Shown: positions 53,157 through 64,000 of the stretch, one piece after another | How the letters are laid out: each line of letters starts with the position of its first letter | How positions within the stretch are numbered: the stretch's first letter is position 1 | Assembly (NCBI RefSeq): GCF_009914755.1 | Contig: NC_060929.1 | DNA: 64,000 bases | Strand: one strand, 5' to 3' | Origin: the human T2T-CHM13v2.0 reference genome, Homo sapiens | Notes under the pieces: generated by a model | The model's database searches: none | The model's input: only the letters and a program-made list of their open reading frames with translations | Told to the model about the DNA's origin: nothing | Made by a program: the position numbers and the translations under genes

Positions 53157-54115
53157 AGCTGCCTCCTGCCCCTGAGGGGAGGAGTCCATCCTCTTCTATA
53201 GGATACACCTGTTGGCTTGTTTGTCCATCCTTCCCCTGTCTGGGAATTGTTCTCCATCAACATGTTTATGGGGACAGCCATTTCTATACAATGTGACCTG
53301 TATTGATCTATTTTGTGTTGCTATAAATAAATACCTGAGGCTGGTAATTTTTAAAGAAGAGAGGTTAATTTGGCCCATAATTCTGCAGGCTGTACAAGAA
53401 GCATGGCACCAGCATCTGCTTCTGGTGAGGCCGCAGGAAGCTTCCACTCATGGTGGAAGGTGGAGGAGGAGCAGGCGTGTTATATGGCAAGAGCGAGAGC
53501 AAGAGAGAGAGCAGAAGGTGTCAGGCAACCAGCTCTCATGTGAACTAATGAGCAAGGACTCACTCATCACCAAGGGGATGGCCCCAGCCATTCCTGAGAG
53601 ATCCGCCCCCTAACCCAAACACCTCCCACCAAGCCCCACCTCCAAGACTGGCGGTCAAATTTTAACATGAGACCTTCATTATCAATGTTTGTGTATCTAC
53701 ACATCCAAAGTAGATCATCATCTTTGGTCTTTGGGAGATACACCAGAGAAAAACAACTCCTCTGGCCTGGGAGATTTTGACTTTCTGCTTTTCATGTGTG
53801 TTTGCTTTTATCGAAGAGGGAATCTGCTACTTGCCTGATGCAACTGCATTTGGATACTGAACTGGGGCCCAAAGAGTCTCAAATCACTGCCTGGGAATGC
53901 CAATTTCTCATCATGAATTAGAAATCAATTCTAGCAGCCTCCCTGCTAAGTAAAAAAATTACATAATTCTTTCTGCACTACTGCATTAGGCTGATTTTTT
54001 TTTTCCTTTTCCTGAATGTACAGTAAATCTCTAGTGGTTTAAGCCATGGTGCCTCTGCTTAAACACAATATGAAATCGCTACCAAATTTAAATAAAAAAT
54101 AAATTCTGTGTTGTG
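53157..54115 (+). ncRNA. Candidate distal terminal exon (possible long non-coding C5orf64 isoform)
   Basis: Strong acceptor ttttacctttttcttctttcag|ag ending 53156; tandem AATAAA 54091-54096 and 54098-54103 followed by GT-rich tgtgttgtgtt. No transcript evidence in hand. Confidence 0.35.
53299..53717 (-). mobile_element. MST (MSTB-like) MaLR solo LTR
   Basis: tgtatt...gttgctataaataaatacctgaggctggtaattt...aagcatggcaccagcatctgcttctggtgagg...acatccaaagtagatca. Confidence 0.9.
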
Positions 54116-54381
54116 TTAGGAGTCTCTCCTGCCAAAAACTCTCACACAATTAACACACTAACAGAATGTGTTGCTAATTTCATGCCACTGGAGTCTTTTC
54201 TGCTTCAGAATATAGAAACAAAATCAGGTCAGAGCTCCAATAATAACAGGATTTTGTTAAAATATACAGCCCTGTGTTGTAGATACGTTGTAAGAATGGG
54301 TGAAAAGGGGACTCACAGTGATGCATGAAATAGCTCACTACTGCAAATAGAAGTGGGAGAACTTGTCTCCAGCTTCTTTGC

Positions 54382-54945
54382 AGAGAGAGAGAGGGGGAGA
54401 GAGGAGAGAGAGGGTGGAGAGAGATTAGGGGAGAGAGGTAGAGAGAGAGAGAGGAAGAGAGACTGAGAGAGAGGGAGACGGGTAGAGGGAGAGGAGAGAG
54501 AGAGGATGGGAGAAAGGGAAAGAGGAGAGAGAGAGGGAGACAAGAAGAGAGAGGGAGAAAGGAGAGAGAGGATAGAGAGAGAGAAAGAGAGAGGAGAGAG
54601 AGTTAGGAGAAAGATAGGGAGAGAGAAGAGAGGGATAGGGACAGAGAGGCAGCGAGGAGAGAGAGAAGCAAGAGACAGGGAGAGAGGAGAGAGAGAAGGA
54701 GGGAGAGAGAAAAGGAGGGACAGAGAGAGAAGGAGGTAGAGAGGGAGAAAGAAGAGGACGGAGAAAGATAAAAAGAGAGAGGAGAGAGAGGTAGAGAGAA
54801 AGAGAGAGAGGAGAGAGAGGTGGGGGGAGAGAAGTAGAGAAAGAGGGAAGAAAGAGAGGCTAGGAGAGAGACAGGGAGAAGAGAGAGGAAAGAGGGACAG
54901 AGGGAGAGAGAGAAAGAGAGAGAGAAGAGAGGCAGAGAGAGAGAG
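54382..54945 (+). repeat. GA-rich polypurine low-complexity tract (~560 bp)
   Basis: Nearly all A/G on the + strand with only scattered pyrimidines. Confidence 0.95.
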
Positions 54946-55229
54946 TTAGTTCAGCTCGGTCCAAGCCCAGACCCACCAGGTTCTGTGGGAAAGGGTTTCA
55001 TTATCAATGTTAGTCCATCCAGACATCCGCATACTTTTACAGGGGGAGGCAAACGCCAGGCAAAGAAACTAGGGAAACACAAGCCCAATAAATCACAGCT
55101 AGGATTCTGATTCCCCTGGTTCATTCTGAGGCTTCCTCCCTCCACCTCTTAGCCTTCTTACACTGGGCCTCTTCTTTTCCATAACAAAAACAGCGATAAT
55201 GAAAATATTTTGGCAGCATTGAAGGCCTT

Positions 55230-56420
55230 TCACATTGTGACCCTGACCTCCAAATCAATTTTCTTTATTCTTAACCTGACCTTGGCATCCATTCTCCCTG
55301 GCGTTCAATATTAGTTACAAAATCTTGAACTCCCCGAGACCTTCCCTCCTCCCCAGATAACCAAGGCAGGCCACACTGGGGAAGCTCTGACGAGGACAGA
55401 GAGAGAAGGCTTCTCGACAAAGAAAAATCATAACGAGATGAACAAGCCCGATGCCTTCTATAGGAGTCTCATTTGCACCAAATGCTATTAGCCCCATTAT
55501 TTACTCAGACAACGGTGCAGGCAGCCTGGGCTCCCTGCTTGCGCGGGGCGCTGTGGAGAGCACCATGCATCACCAGCCGGCCCGGGCGCTTCCCTTAAAT
55601 AGTAATATGTAAGGTAGAGCATGTTACATTTCATCCATCACCCATGGGCTCACCGAGCGCAGAGACTGGAGAAATTGCGCACATTTCTCCGTTGCTGCAT
55701 TAATACTAGAAAGGGAGTGAACTGAACAGAGAAAGTGCCAATTTCAGCACACATGTTAAAAAGAGAAGCAAAGAATAGCAGAAAAAGAAAGCATCTCCCG
55801 TACTGAGATGCTGGGGTGTGGGGGAGGTTTTTAAAGGAGAAGACTGCTTTTCAGAACTCCTGTGCATTGACTATGAGAATAAGGACCCACTGAGACAAGA
55901 GTTCGGGGTCAGCATACATTTAGGAGAAGAAGTTGGCTGGCAGGGGCTATTTTTCTGCAAATTAGTTTTCTCTCAAGGGTAACGGTGGGGGAGGAGCAGA
56001 GGAAAATGAATTGGAGCCCGTTGAATAATCGCGTATTGTTCGGCCGGTTGCGGTGACCTATGAACTGATGCTCCGAGAAGTGTTTTCAGGCCTTCCTTTT
56101 ATATGGGCGAGGATGGGAAGCCTCTTACAGCTGTTGACGAGTGTCCTGAAGGGGCAACGATGGGGATGGCAGTGTGGCCCCACGAACAATGGTCACAGAG
56201 CATCGGCTCCACTTGGCAAGAGAGGCACCGTCTGCTGGTCGGTACAGCTGACCGCAGGGCTGGACAGGTGGCCAGGCAGGAAGGCGAGAAGAGGCACGGT
56301 TCAAACTTTATGCTGATCACAAAGAATTGAGAAAAGGGGCAAAGTGAAGAAATACAGTGTAGCAGGACGCGATGGATCGACTTTCCTTGGGGATTAGAAG
56401 GAGCAAGAGCTCTGCAGTGA
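55230..56420. promoter_or_regulatory. Candidate enhancer/promoter: CpG-enriched, repeat-free, with nuclear-receptor motifs
   Basis: Visible CpG excess versus the rest of the window; DR0 55238-55249, CCAAGGTCA 55277-55285 (-), DR1 56054-56066, TATAAAAG 56096-56103 (-). Confidence 0.5.
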
Positions 56421-58778
56421 TTCAAACAGTTCAGTGCAAATGGAATTCTTCTAGGATGTTTACAAAATAAAAGTGAATCAGTTCATCTAAAAGTATTTGT
56501 GCTTCATTGTTTTCAAGTCCAGATTCTGCCTGGAATGCATAGCATCGTGTTCTTCCTTCAGACATTTTATCATTCTCACTTTGGCATCAGAAAACCCTGC
56601 ATCATCTAAACCAGGGCTTCTCTGTTCCCTTGAAACACCCAAATGAGATGAACTAAAAGTGCAGAGACTCTAAAGTGAAGCCGGAAGGGACCCTTCACAA
56701 GGGAGAGACTTCTTTGAAGTCTTGTACTTGTTCATCTTTTAAAAAGTACCTAAAACTGACATATTGTGCAGCAGTCTGAAATTTAACATTACAGATACCA
56801 TTTTTAATTCCTTTAGCCATCTCAGTTGTAGGATTTCATTCTAAGATGCAGCTCAACCTGTAACAGGAAAAAAAAGAACAATCACCAATTTAATGCATAT
56901 TTTGAGTTTAGGAGGACTCCATCTCAGATATCCAAAACTTATAATCTGAAAAAAAAATCTATGTCATAAAAGCAAGAAAATAGAGTAATTATAATCAGGG
57001 AAAATGGAAACTTCCAGAAGAAAGAACCAGTTTCATCTGTGGCTCCAGACAAACTGGGCATACCCCAGTTTGCAAAGCATTACAAAGGAGACAGCTATTG
57101 TAAAGTGATGAAAAGTAGACTTCCCTGGTTGTAACTACCTTGTCATAAAATGCCATGCCTGACTCACCCTAGGGCTGTCAGAGCACAGTGTAGTGCCAGG
57201 CATATAGCTGGTGCTCAGTAAATACTTGTTGAATTGAAAGTTGTTGATAGCGCTCTGCATTCATTTTCCCCTTTAGGTAGCCTGTGGCAGGGTGGTGAGC
57301 CTGGGATGGGGACATCTCACAGCCCAGCAGTAGGACAGGCTGTTCTTCCTGGAGGCAAAACAGGTTAGGGCAGCACATGGTCCCTTCCGTCTGAGTCTGA
57401 GTCTAAGTACACACTCACTTTTCGTCTCCGCCACAGACCAGCTGCATGATCTTGGGATCCACTTATCTGGGCCTTCCAGCCCTTCTCTAGCAGAAGGAAG
57501 CATCAAGCACCATCCTCTCAAAGGTCTATTTAAAAATTCTACAATACTGTGTATTTAGATTTATAAAGGACTTTTCTTTTTCACCAGTTGCTACCTGAGG
57601 GCTGAAGCAAGGGGCAAGATAGGGGAAGATAAATCAGCTCTGCTCTTGTCTCCCCTGTGCCTTTCCAGTTGGAAGGGCACAGAGGACCCAGTGTGGTCCC
57701 ACCTGGGAGGCTGCCCACCTGGTGTCCTTTGTCCTGTTCTGGCAAGAAAAACCTCAGAACTGAAGACAGGCTGTAAAGAGTGGTGAAAAGCACTGCCAGT
57801 TAGTTACCTTATTACAAATTTACCTTAGATGAGGTAATTCACTAAGCAGGTCGCAGGGCTTCAGTGTTACACTCCTCCCACGGGCCCCCAGTAGTCAGTC
57901 TCTAGAGTTTGGCTTACTTAGTACAGGTGACCACATTCTGGTCAAAGTCAGCAGAGCCATCCTAAGTTAGTGTTCTGTGATATCGGCTCAATGTTTTGTG
58001 GTTGTTGAGACTGATTACCTGTTAAAATGACCCATATTTGAGGGTCAAATATTCAGGAGCAAGAAATGAAAAGAAGCAGATTCTGATTTCAAGATTTCAG
58101 GTTTTAAACATCAGGCCCAAATCCATACTTTCATTTTGTTCAGTAAAAAGTAAAGCTGGTGATTCTTAGAATGAAAATGCAGTGTTTTCCACTTGAAGAA
58201 ATCCCAAACTTGCAAAATTAGATAAGTTAGAGAGTTATGTTTTTAATTATAAAGGGATTTTGCTTTCTACAGTGACTCACCCTATGGCTCCCGCTTCCTA
58301 GGAATTTAAAGTATTATTTACTCCCCTGCCCCCACAAAAATTCAGATGCCATTTTATATTTTATAAAATCAAACAGAAGATATTTGACTATATTTCAATA
58401 TAAATAAAACATGGCATATCTCTCTTCTTGACTTAAGATCTCCTTTCTGAAGTATGGAAGTCTTGAAATTCTATCATATTTACTCACCCAAAAAACACTG
58501 AGCAGGCCCCGTTCTACGGCAGGCACAGTGCTAGTCCTGAGGGTATATCCTGGTCCTCTGAGACTTTTCTCTTTTCTTCTCCACGACTTCCATTCTCTCT
58601 GTGTCCTCCAGAGGCTGGGGCGTATTGTGGGTCTGATCTGCTGGAAGAGGGGCTAATTATATTAGGATGACAAGTCATGCCCTTCAAGACGAGCATTGAA
58701 GTTGAAGTTATGGTAAATGGTCAAAATAAACTTGCAATCAGAGGTTGAGAACTTTCTCTCATGGAGATTGGCCAAAAG

Positions 58779-58959
58779 CAGTGGTTCTCAAAGTGTGATT
58801 CTTGGACCAGCCACATTGACATCACTGGTGAGTTTGTGAGCAAAGCAAGTTCCGGAGCCTGACCTACTGAATCAGAATCTCTGGGAATGGTGTTTGAGAA
58901 ATTGTGTTTTAACAACATTCCAGGTGATTTTTATGCACATTAAAGTATGAGAACCACTG
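58779..58959 (+). mobile_element. MER5A
   Basis: Terminal inverted repeats cagtggttctc / gagaaccactg with cctactgaatcagaatctctggg core. Confidence 0.9.
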
Positions 58960-60070
58960 GCTTGAAGTTAATTAGGCTTCATGTGGGCAAAGCTCTGAAA
59001 AAGTCTTCTTTCAAATCCTAATAATATTACCAACTGAGTTCTGTCAGCTGCCCAGTGATAACCCTGGTTTAATCTTCAAAATCACACAAGCATCTCCAAC
59101 CAAGTTATTTATGCAAAGTTCCAACTCAGAGAGAAAAATAGCAAATTCTCAGTGATACTCAAAAGGGAAAATATTTGGACAGGTAATTTTAGGAATGGGC
59201 TATGGATCACTATGTACAATAATGAAGTTGAGCAATTAGGTTTGGAAAGCCACAGCACAGAAAATAATTAACCCACAAAGTAATCATCTTGGAAGTCCCA
59301 AAGCTAATGATTAAAATAAACCTGAAACAAATGATTGTTTAACTTTTAAGCTGTGCTTGTTTTAGCCACAGTGTACTTCAGGTGTGAGCTCCTGGGAATT
59401 CCTCCTGCCTGCCGAGATTGGCTTTAGGACGAGGGCATGTGTCCATTCCTCTGCCTCTCCTTCCCTGGGGATGGTTTCTTTGAGTATCACAGAGTAGCAC
59501 TCCAGTTTGGGTCGAGGAGGTTGGCTGAGCTGCTCGACTCTGCTGGCACTGAGGGGCATCAAACCCCAGAATGCAGTCTGCAGCTGTGGTGGGCTTCAGC
59601 CATATTGAATCCTATATAACCTTGGAGGCTGGGATGCACACTTCGTTTTTATGCAGCTTGCTTTGCACTTTCATTGGCGGTTTATTATTGCAAAGCATGA
59701 TGCTCCCCTCCCCCACTCGCCTCTCCACCCAAAGAAGTGAATTAATAACTAGAAAACGAGAGAGAAATGAGATCCAGAAGGGTCTGGGCTTCTGAATGTC
59801 ACTGTGAGCAAACAGCGGTGGAGAGAAAAGGTTCCTTTCCATCTTTATGTGCAGTGCTGTCTGTGCATTGACTTGTTTCCTGACACATGAGCCATGGCTT
59901 GAAAGGAATTCAGGCCCCAGCAAATTTTGCATTGCGCTTCAATGTGGCCTCTGGGATTGAATAAGGGCAAATCTATTATACTGTTGCCATGGAGACCCTG
60001 GCACAACTGCTGATAAAGAGTGTCTGATGTTTGGTAGGCCTCATAGCATGGTACATACCATTTAAAGGAC

Positions 60071-60071
<1 letters not shown>

Positions 60072-60111
<40 letters not shown>
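60072..60111. repeat. (GT)n microsatellite
   Basis: About 20 GT units. Confidence 0.95.
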
Positions 60112-60113
<2 letters not shown>

Positions 60114-63100
60114 TGTTTAGCATGCATGTGTGAGTCTGTAAGGGTGAGCATGCTTGTGGGAGTGGGTGGGGTGACTGGGGGAGGGGAGCGGAGAACAGGG
60201 TGCAGTTGGGGAGGAAGGAAGCGTGGCTGGCTTGGCATGTCATGAAGGAATGTACTGTATTTTTACAAGGAATTTGTAAATACTTTCTTGCCTCTAAAAA
60301 TTAATCCTGCCCTCTAAGAATCTACATGTTAAACAGATGGGGGCAGCAGAAGATGCACAGACTCTCCCCTTGGTCTAGCAAAATTAGTCTTTAATTCATC
60401 TGAAAGAGAATTAAGCTAATACAATAAAAGTAAAAATGCGCTCTTTTGCGTCCTTTGACGAATGCTGCCTCCTTTCAACCGTCTGTCTGAGGATCAATAG
60501 TGGGTCTGTAAGGAGCGCCAGCATTTGCTAGAGCAGGCAGTGAGATGATGGATTTTAATCATTCACATGATTTTATAACCACGAAACAAAGAAGGCGGAT
60601 CTGGCTTCCACATGCATAATCTCAGTTTTGCTGTTTTTGATTTTGCCAGTCCTACATGCAATTCCTGTCTGGAAGGCGCATGTCCCGTTTCCAAATTCCA
60701 TTCCACACCTCCATGTTTGCTTCTCAGTGACCGATACGGGCAACTTGTGTGTTTCATTGGGGCCCTTTTCCCATTAGCCCCAGACCTGGAGAGGGGTGGC
60801 ACTGGGAAGTCCTGAGCTGAGCCTCCTGGCTGGCGTTGAGGTGAGTGGGGCATCTCAGGCGTAATCACCTACAGTAAGCAAGCTTCAGAGTGAGCGGCTC
60901 TAACAATGGGAGGCCAGGCAATCTGTGACAGTTGATAGGATTATTATTATTACAGAGCGCAAAAAGCTTCTGCTTTCTTTTCTGCTCCTTTGCAGACCTC
61001 ATAAGGCCTCTCTGTGATTTCTGCATAGTTAATTTGTCAGTTTATAAATTACCACATTATGTTAACGCTGAATGCTTCAAAACACAAATATATGCACAGA
61101 GGGCTTGAATATTTGAAGTGTTTTAGTACTATGGGGAAATAATTTTGTTGTCAAGCTGTGGCAGATATAGAACTGCTAGGGGATACATGGCCATTTCATC
61201 AGGACTGTGTCGATGATGGCCTGTGAACATCCAAGGGGGAAAATCATCTTTTATCACTATTGTGTACCGTGCCGGTCCAGATGGAGGATAAAACATGCAT
61301 GAGTTGCCCGCAGCTCTGAAAATAATTATACTCATTTGCCAGAAATGTAGAAAGTGCATCCAACCAAGTTACCACCCATCATAGTGACACTCTGTTTGCA
61401 TACTGATGAAGTTTAAAGCCAGAGACAATGGTGTTGGTATCAATATTGGGGGGGGGGGTGCTAGGCACCACCAGTGCCGTAGGATTAATAGCACCATCAT
61501 TTTATATTATGCAGCATTTCACTTATGCTGCATATCAAAAGACTACTGCCTCTGAGGTTCACCTCACTGTTTAGAAGATTACAGTTTGCTTTAAGACTCC
61601 AAACATTAGCATGGCTTCTTTGCAGGTTCCATAAATGAATGCAAAAATATCTGTGTCCAATAGAATGCCTAGGATGTAATTATGGGTAAATACGTTTGGA
61701 TGCCATTATAAGTGCCTGCATGTGTATATATGTGTCTGTGAGTGTGGGTGGGTACCTACATACCCACATGCACACGCATGATTTTGGAAGACTGCAATGG
61801 GATATGAGATGATAATATGCGCATGCTAAGTCCTGGTGCTGCTGCAGAGTCATTGATGAATGGGTTTTTTAAATGTAGGAAGAGAATGAATACAAGTAGG
61901 ACCCAAGAGAATAATTCTTTATATTGCAATCAGCTCAGCTTATATGTACTTGCTTTAATCGTAGAAATCAGCAATAAAAAGCATAGACTTGGTTATTTAA
62001 TCCTTACTGAGTAAAAGTGAACGTCTTATAATGACCCTCTAAAATATTATAAAATATTAAATTATTTTGATATGCCTCTCATTTTTAGACAACTATAAAA
62101 TGATCAGTGAGGCCATTACCAGAAGATTAATAGACTCCTTTAAATTTTTGAATCCAGCAAACATACATGTATAAACCAAGAGGCACTTTTCTAATGGAAC
62201 CCTGAATTCTCAAAGGTGTTCCATGGTTTGAAAATAGCCCAGTCATGATGTTGTCATGATGCTTATTTTTAAGTAATGATTTTAATTAAACCCCCTAAAA
62301 AGGGAACAATTCTATACTCCTCTTATATGGGCTGTACTCTGATGATTACACAAGTGCAGTTTCCCATTTTACTCTGGTGTCATGGGGGCAAGGATAATTT
62401 CCATCTCATCACATGAGAGAGACACTGTATTTCACTCAGCACAAGGCTCCAATGTAATCAGAGGAAGGGTTTTATACTACAAAATTATAACAAAATAACC
62501 AAAGAAAAAGTATTGTTTCAACAAAAGTGGTTCAAAGACAAGAATGTAATGCAGGAGATCATAGAATATTTTTATATGGCAACAAAAATAGATTTCTCCA
62601 ACTCACTGGGGCAGACTGGACCAATAAACTCTTCCAGGGTTTTCCAGTTTGACTTCTTTAAGAATGGTTTTTGAAACACGGAAGGAACAGGGAATCCCCA
62701 CAGCTTGACACTAAGTAGTTGAGAGATAGAGTGAGGCAGGCAAGCCAGGACACTGAAGGAGTTTCACACAAGTGGGTGGCAGGATGTACTCTTGGTAAAT
62801 TGAGTACAGAAAGAGGCAGATTTACAGAATGATGCTTCTGCCTTCCCCTGTATTGGCAATAATGAGAATACCACTGGGATGCTGCTAAAGGCCTGAGGAC
62901 AGTCCCAAAACTGTCAAGAATCAAGATTTTCAGGGAAATCCAGGTAGTGCTCATTGAGTCAAAGACTTCTGAGAAAAGTAGGTGATACATTTATTTAAAG
63001 TTCAATGAGAAATTAGGCTAACTTTATGGTTCTCAGAACTGGTATTATTGATTAATTTTACATGCCTGTAGTCTTTTACATGGTCGCAGCTGTCAAAGAA

Positions 63101-63239
63101 AAAAGAATGAAGAGAGAGCCAAACAGTTGCACGCATGCACACACACACACAATCACACATGGGGCTTTTCCAAGGAGTTAGAAGTGATAGGAATGAAAGT
63201 TTAGAGGGTGCTTTACTACATTGCATATACATATATATT

Positions 63240-63380
63240 TTTTCTTATAACAAAGGATAGATATTGCCACCTATTTTAAAGTTAAAGAAATCAAGACATG
63301 CAAAGGCGAATAACTTGCTCAAATTCACACAACTGATAAATTAGAATGATTTGAATGCATCTAACTTCTAAGCCCACACT
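63240..63380 (-). mobile_element. MIR fragment
   Basis: cctattttaaagttaaagaaatcaagac...aataacttgctcaaattcacacaact. Confidence 0.55.
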
Positions 63381-64000
63381 GATTATAGCATACCCTTGTG
63401 TGTCAGCCCTTCAAGAGTCTATCAAAGATACATAAAGAGCTAAATACCATGAGTAGGTAAGTCCTTCATGCTAATGTGAGAATGAAGTGAAAAAGAAAAA
63501 AAGGACAGTATCTATCAATTAGTGATCTTGGCAATTATGGCAGTTGAATATTTGAATACTGAGTGTGCTCTGAGTGAAGAGATAGTGTCTTTTGGTGACA
63601 ATACCCTTTTGGGAATAAATAAATCTGGAAATAAGTTCCCCTACATACTACAGGTCAAGATGTGAGGCACCAAAATGTCCTGCTGAATTCAAATATTCCC
63701 TTCTGTTTCTTTACCCTACTGACTATCTTCATTGTCAGAGAAAGTATTAAAAACAAAAAGGAGGTCTTCTTCTCCTCATCTTTTTGTCTTCCTGGACAAT
63801 TCATTCCTAAGGGTTTTTAGATGATGAAGAGCAAGATTGGCATCTAATCCAAAAGAACGAGGAAGCTACAAAGTCAGAGTGAACATGAGAGCTGTGTGTA
63901 CTGAGCCTTGTGTAAGGAAGAGCAAAGCTGCTTGACATTGGGTATCAGAGCCTAGGCAAGGTAATGCATGGTCACAAGCATGGAATTGGCCCAGCCTGGG

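Noticed and set aside
54506-54739. R/E/G-rich ORF
   Set aside because: Translation of the GA low-complexity tract.
55538-55553. CTCF-like ...ggggcgctg
   Set aside because: 5' half of the motif mismatches at several key positions.

Overview
Human (primate) euchromatic DNA, rich in repeats: Alu, L1, L2, MIR, MaLR/ERV-L LTRs and hAT fossils. There are no prokaryotic features, CRISPR arrays, rRNA or tRNA genes that I can see. The only gene I can support is the 3' part of a + strand spliced transcript. An internal exon (10018-10205) joins in frame to a terminal exon (from 26992, stop at 27157-27159). The joined peptide matches my recollection of C5orf64 (chr5q12.1, about 130 aa, I believe now treated as a lncRNA). 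That identification is from memory, not a database search. A donor 75 nt after the stop and an acceptor plus polyA unit at 53157-~54115 suggest a longer, NMD-prone isoform. The rest is layered transposon history: a nested L1 complex (13.8-20.5 kb), an L1PA with an inserted L1 and a perfect 50-bp duplication (32.6-35.1 kb), and a decayed ERV-L provirus (35.5-41.3 kb). At 54.4-61.7 kb a 560-bp polypurine tract is followed by repeat-poor, CpG- and motif-rich DNA that looks regulatory. I found no convincing new biological system. The best leads are the orphan ORF and its splice/polyA switch, several DNA-repair scars, and the candidate regulatory block. Repeat subfamily names and boundaries of old repeats are estimates by eye.
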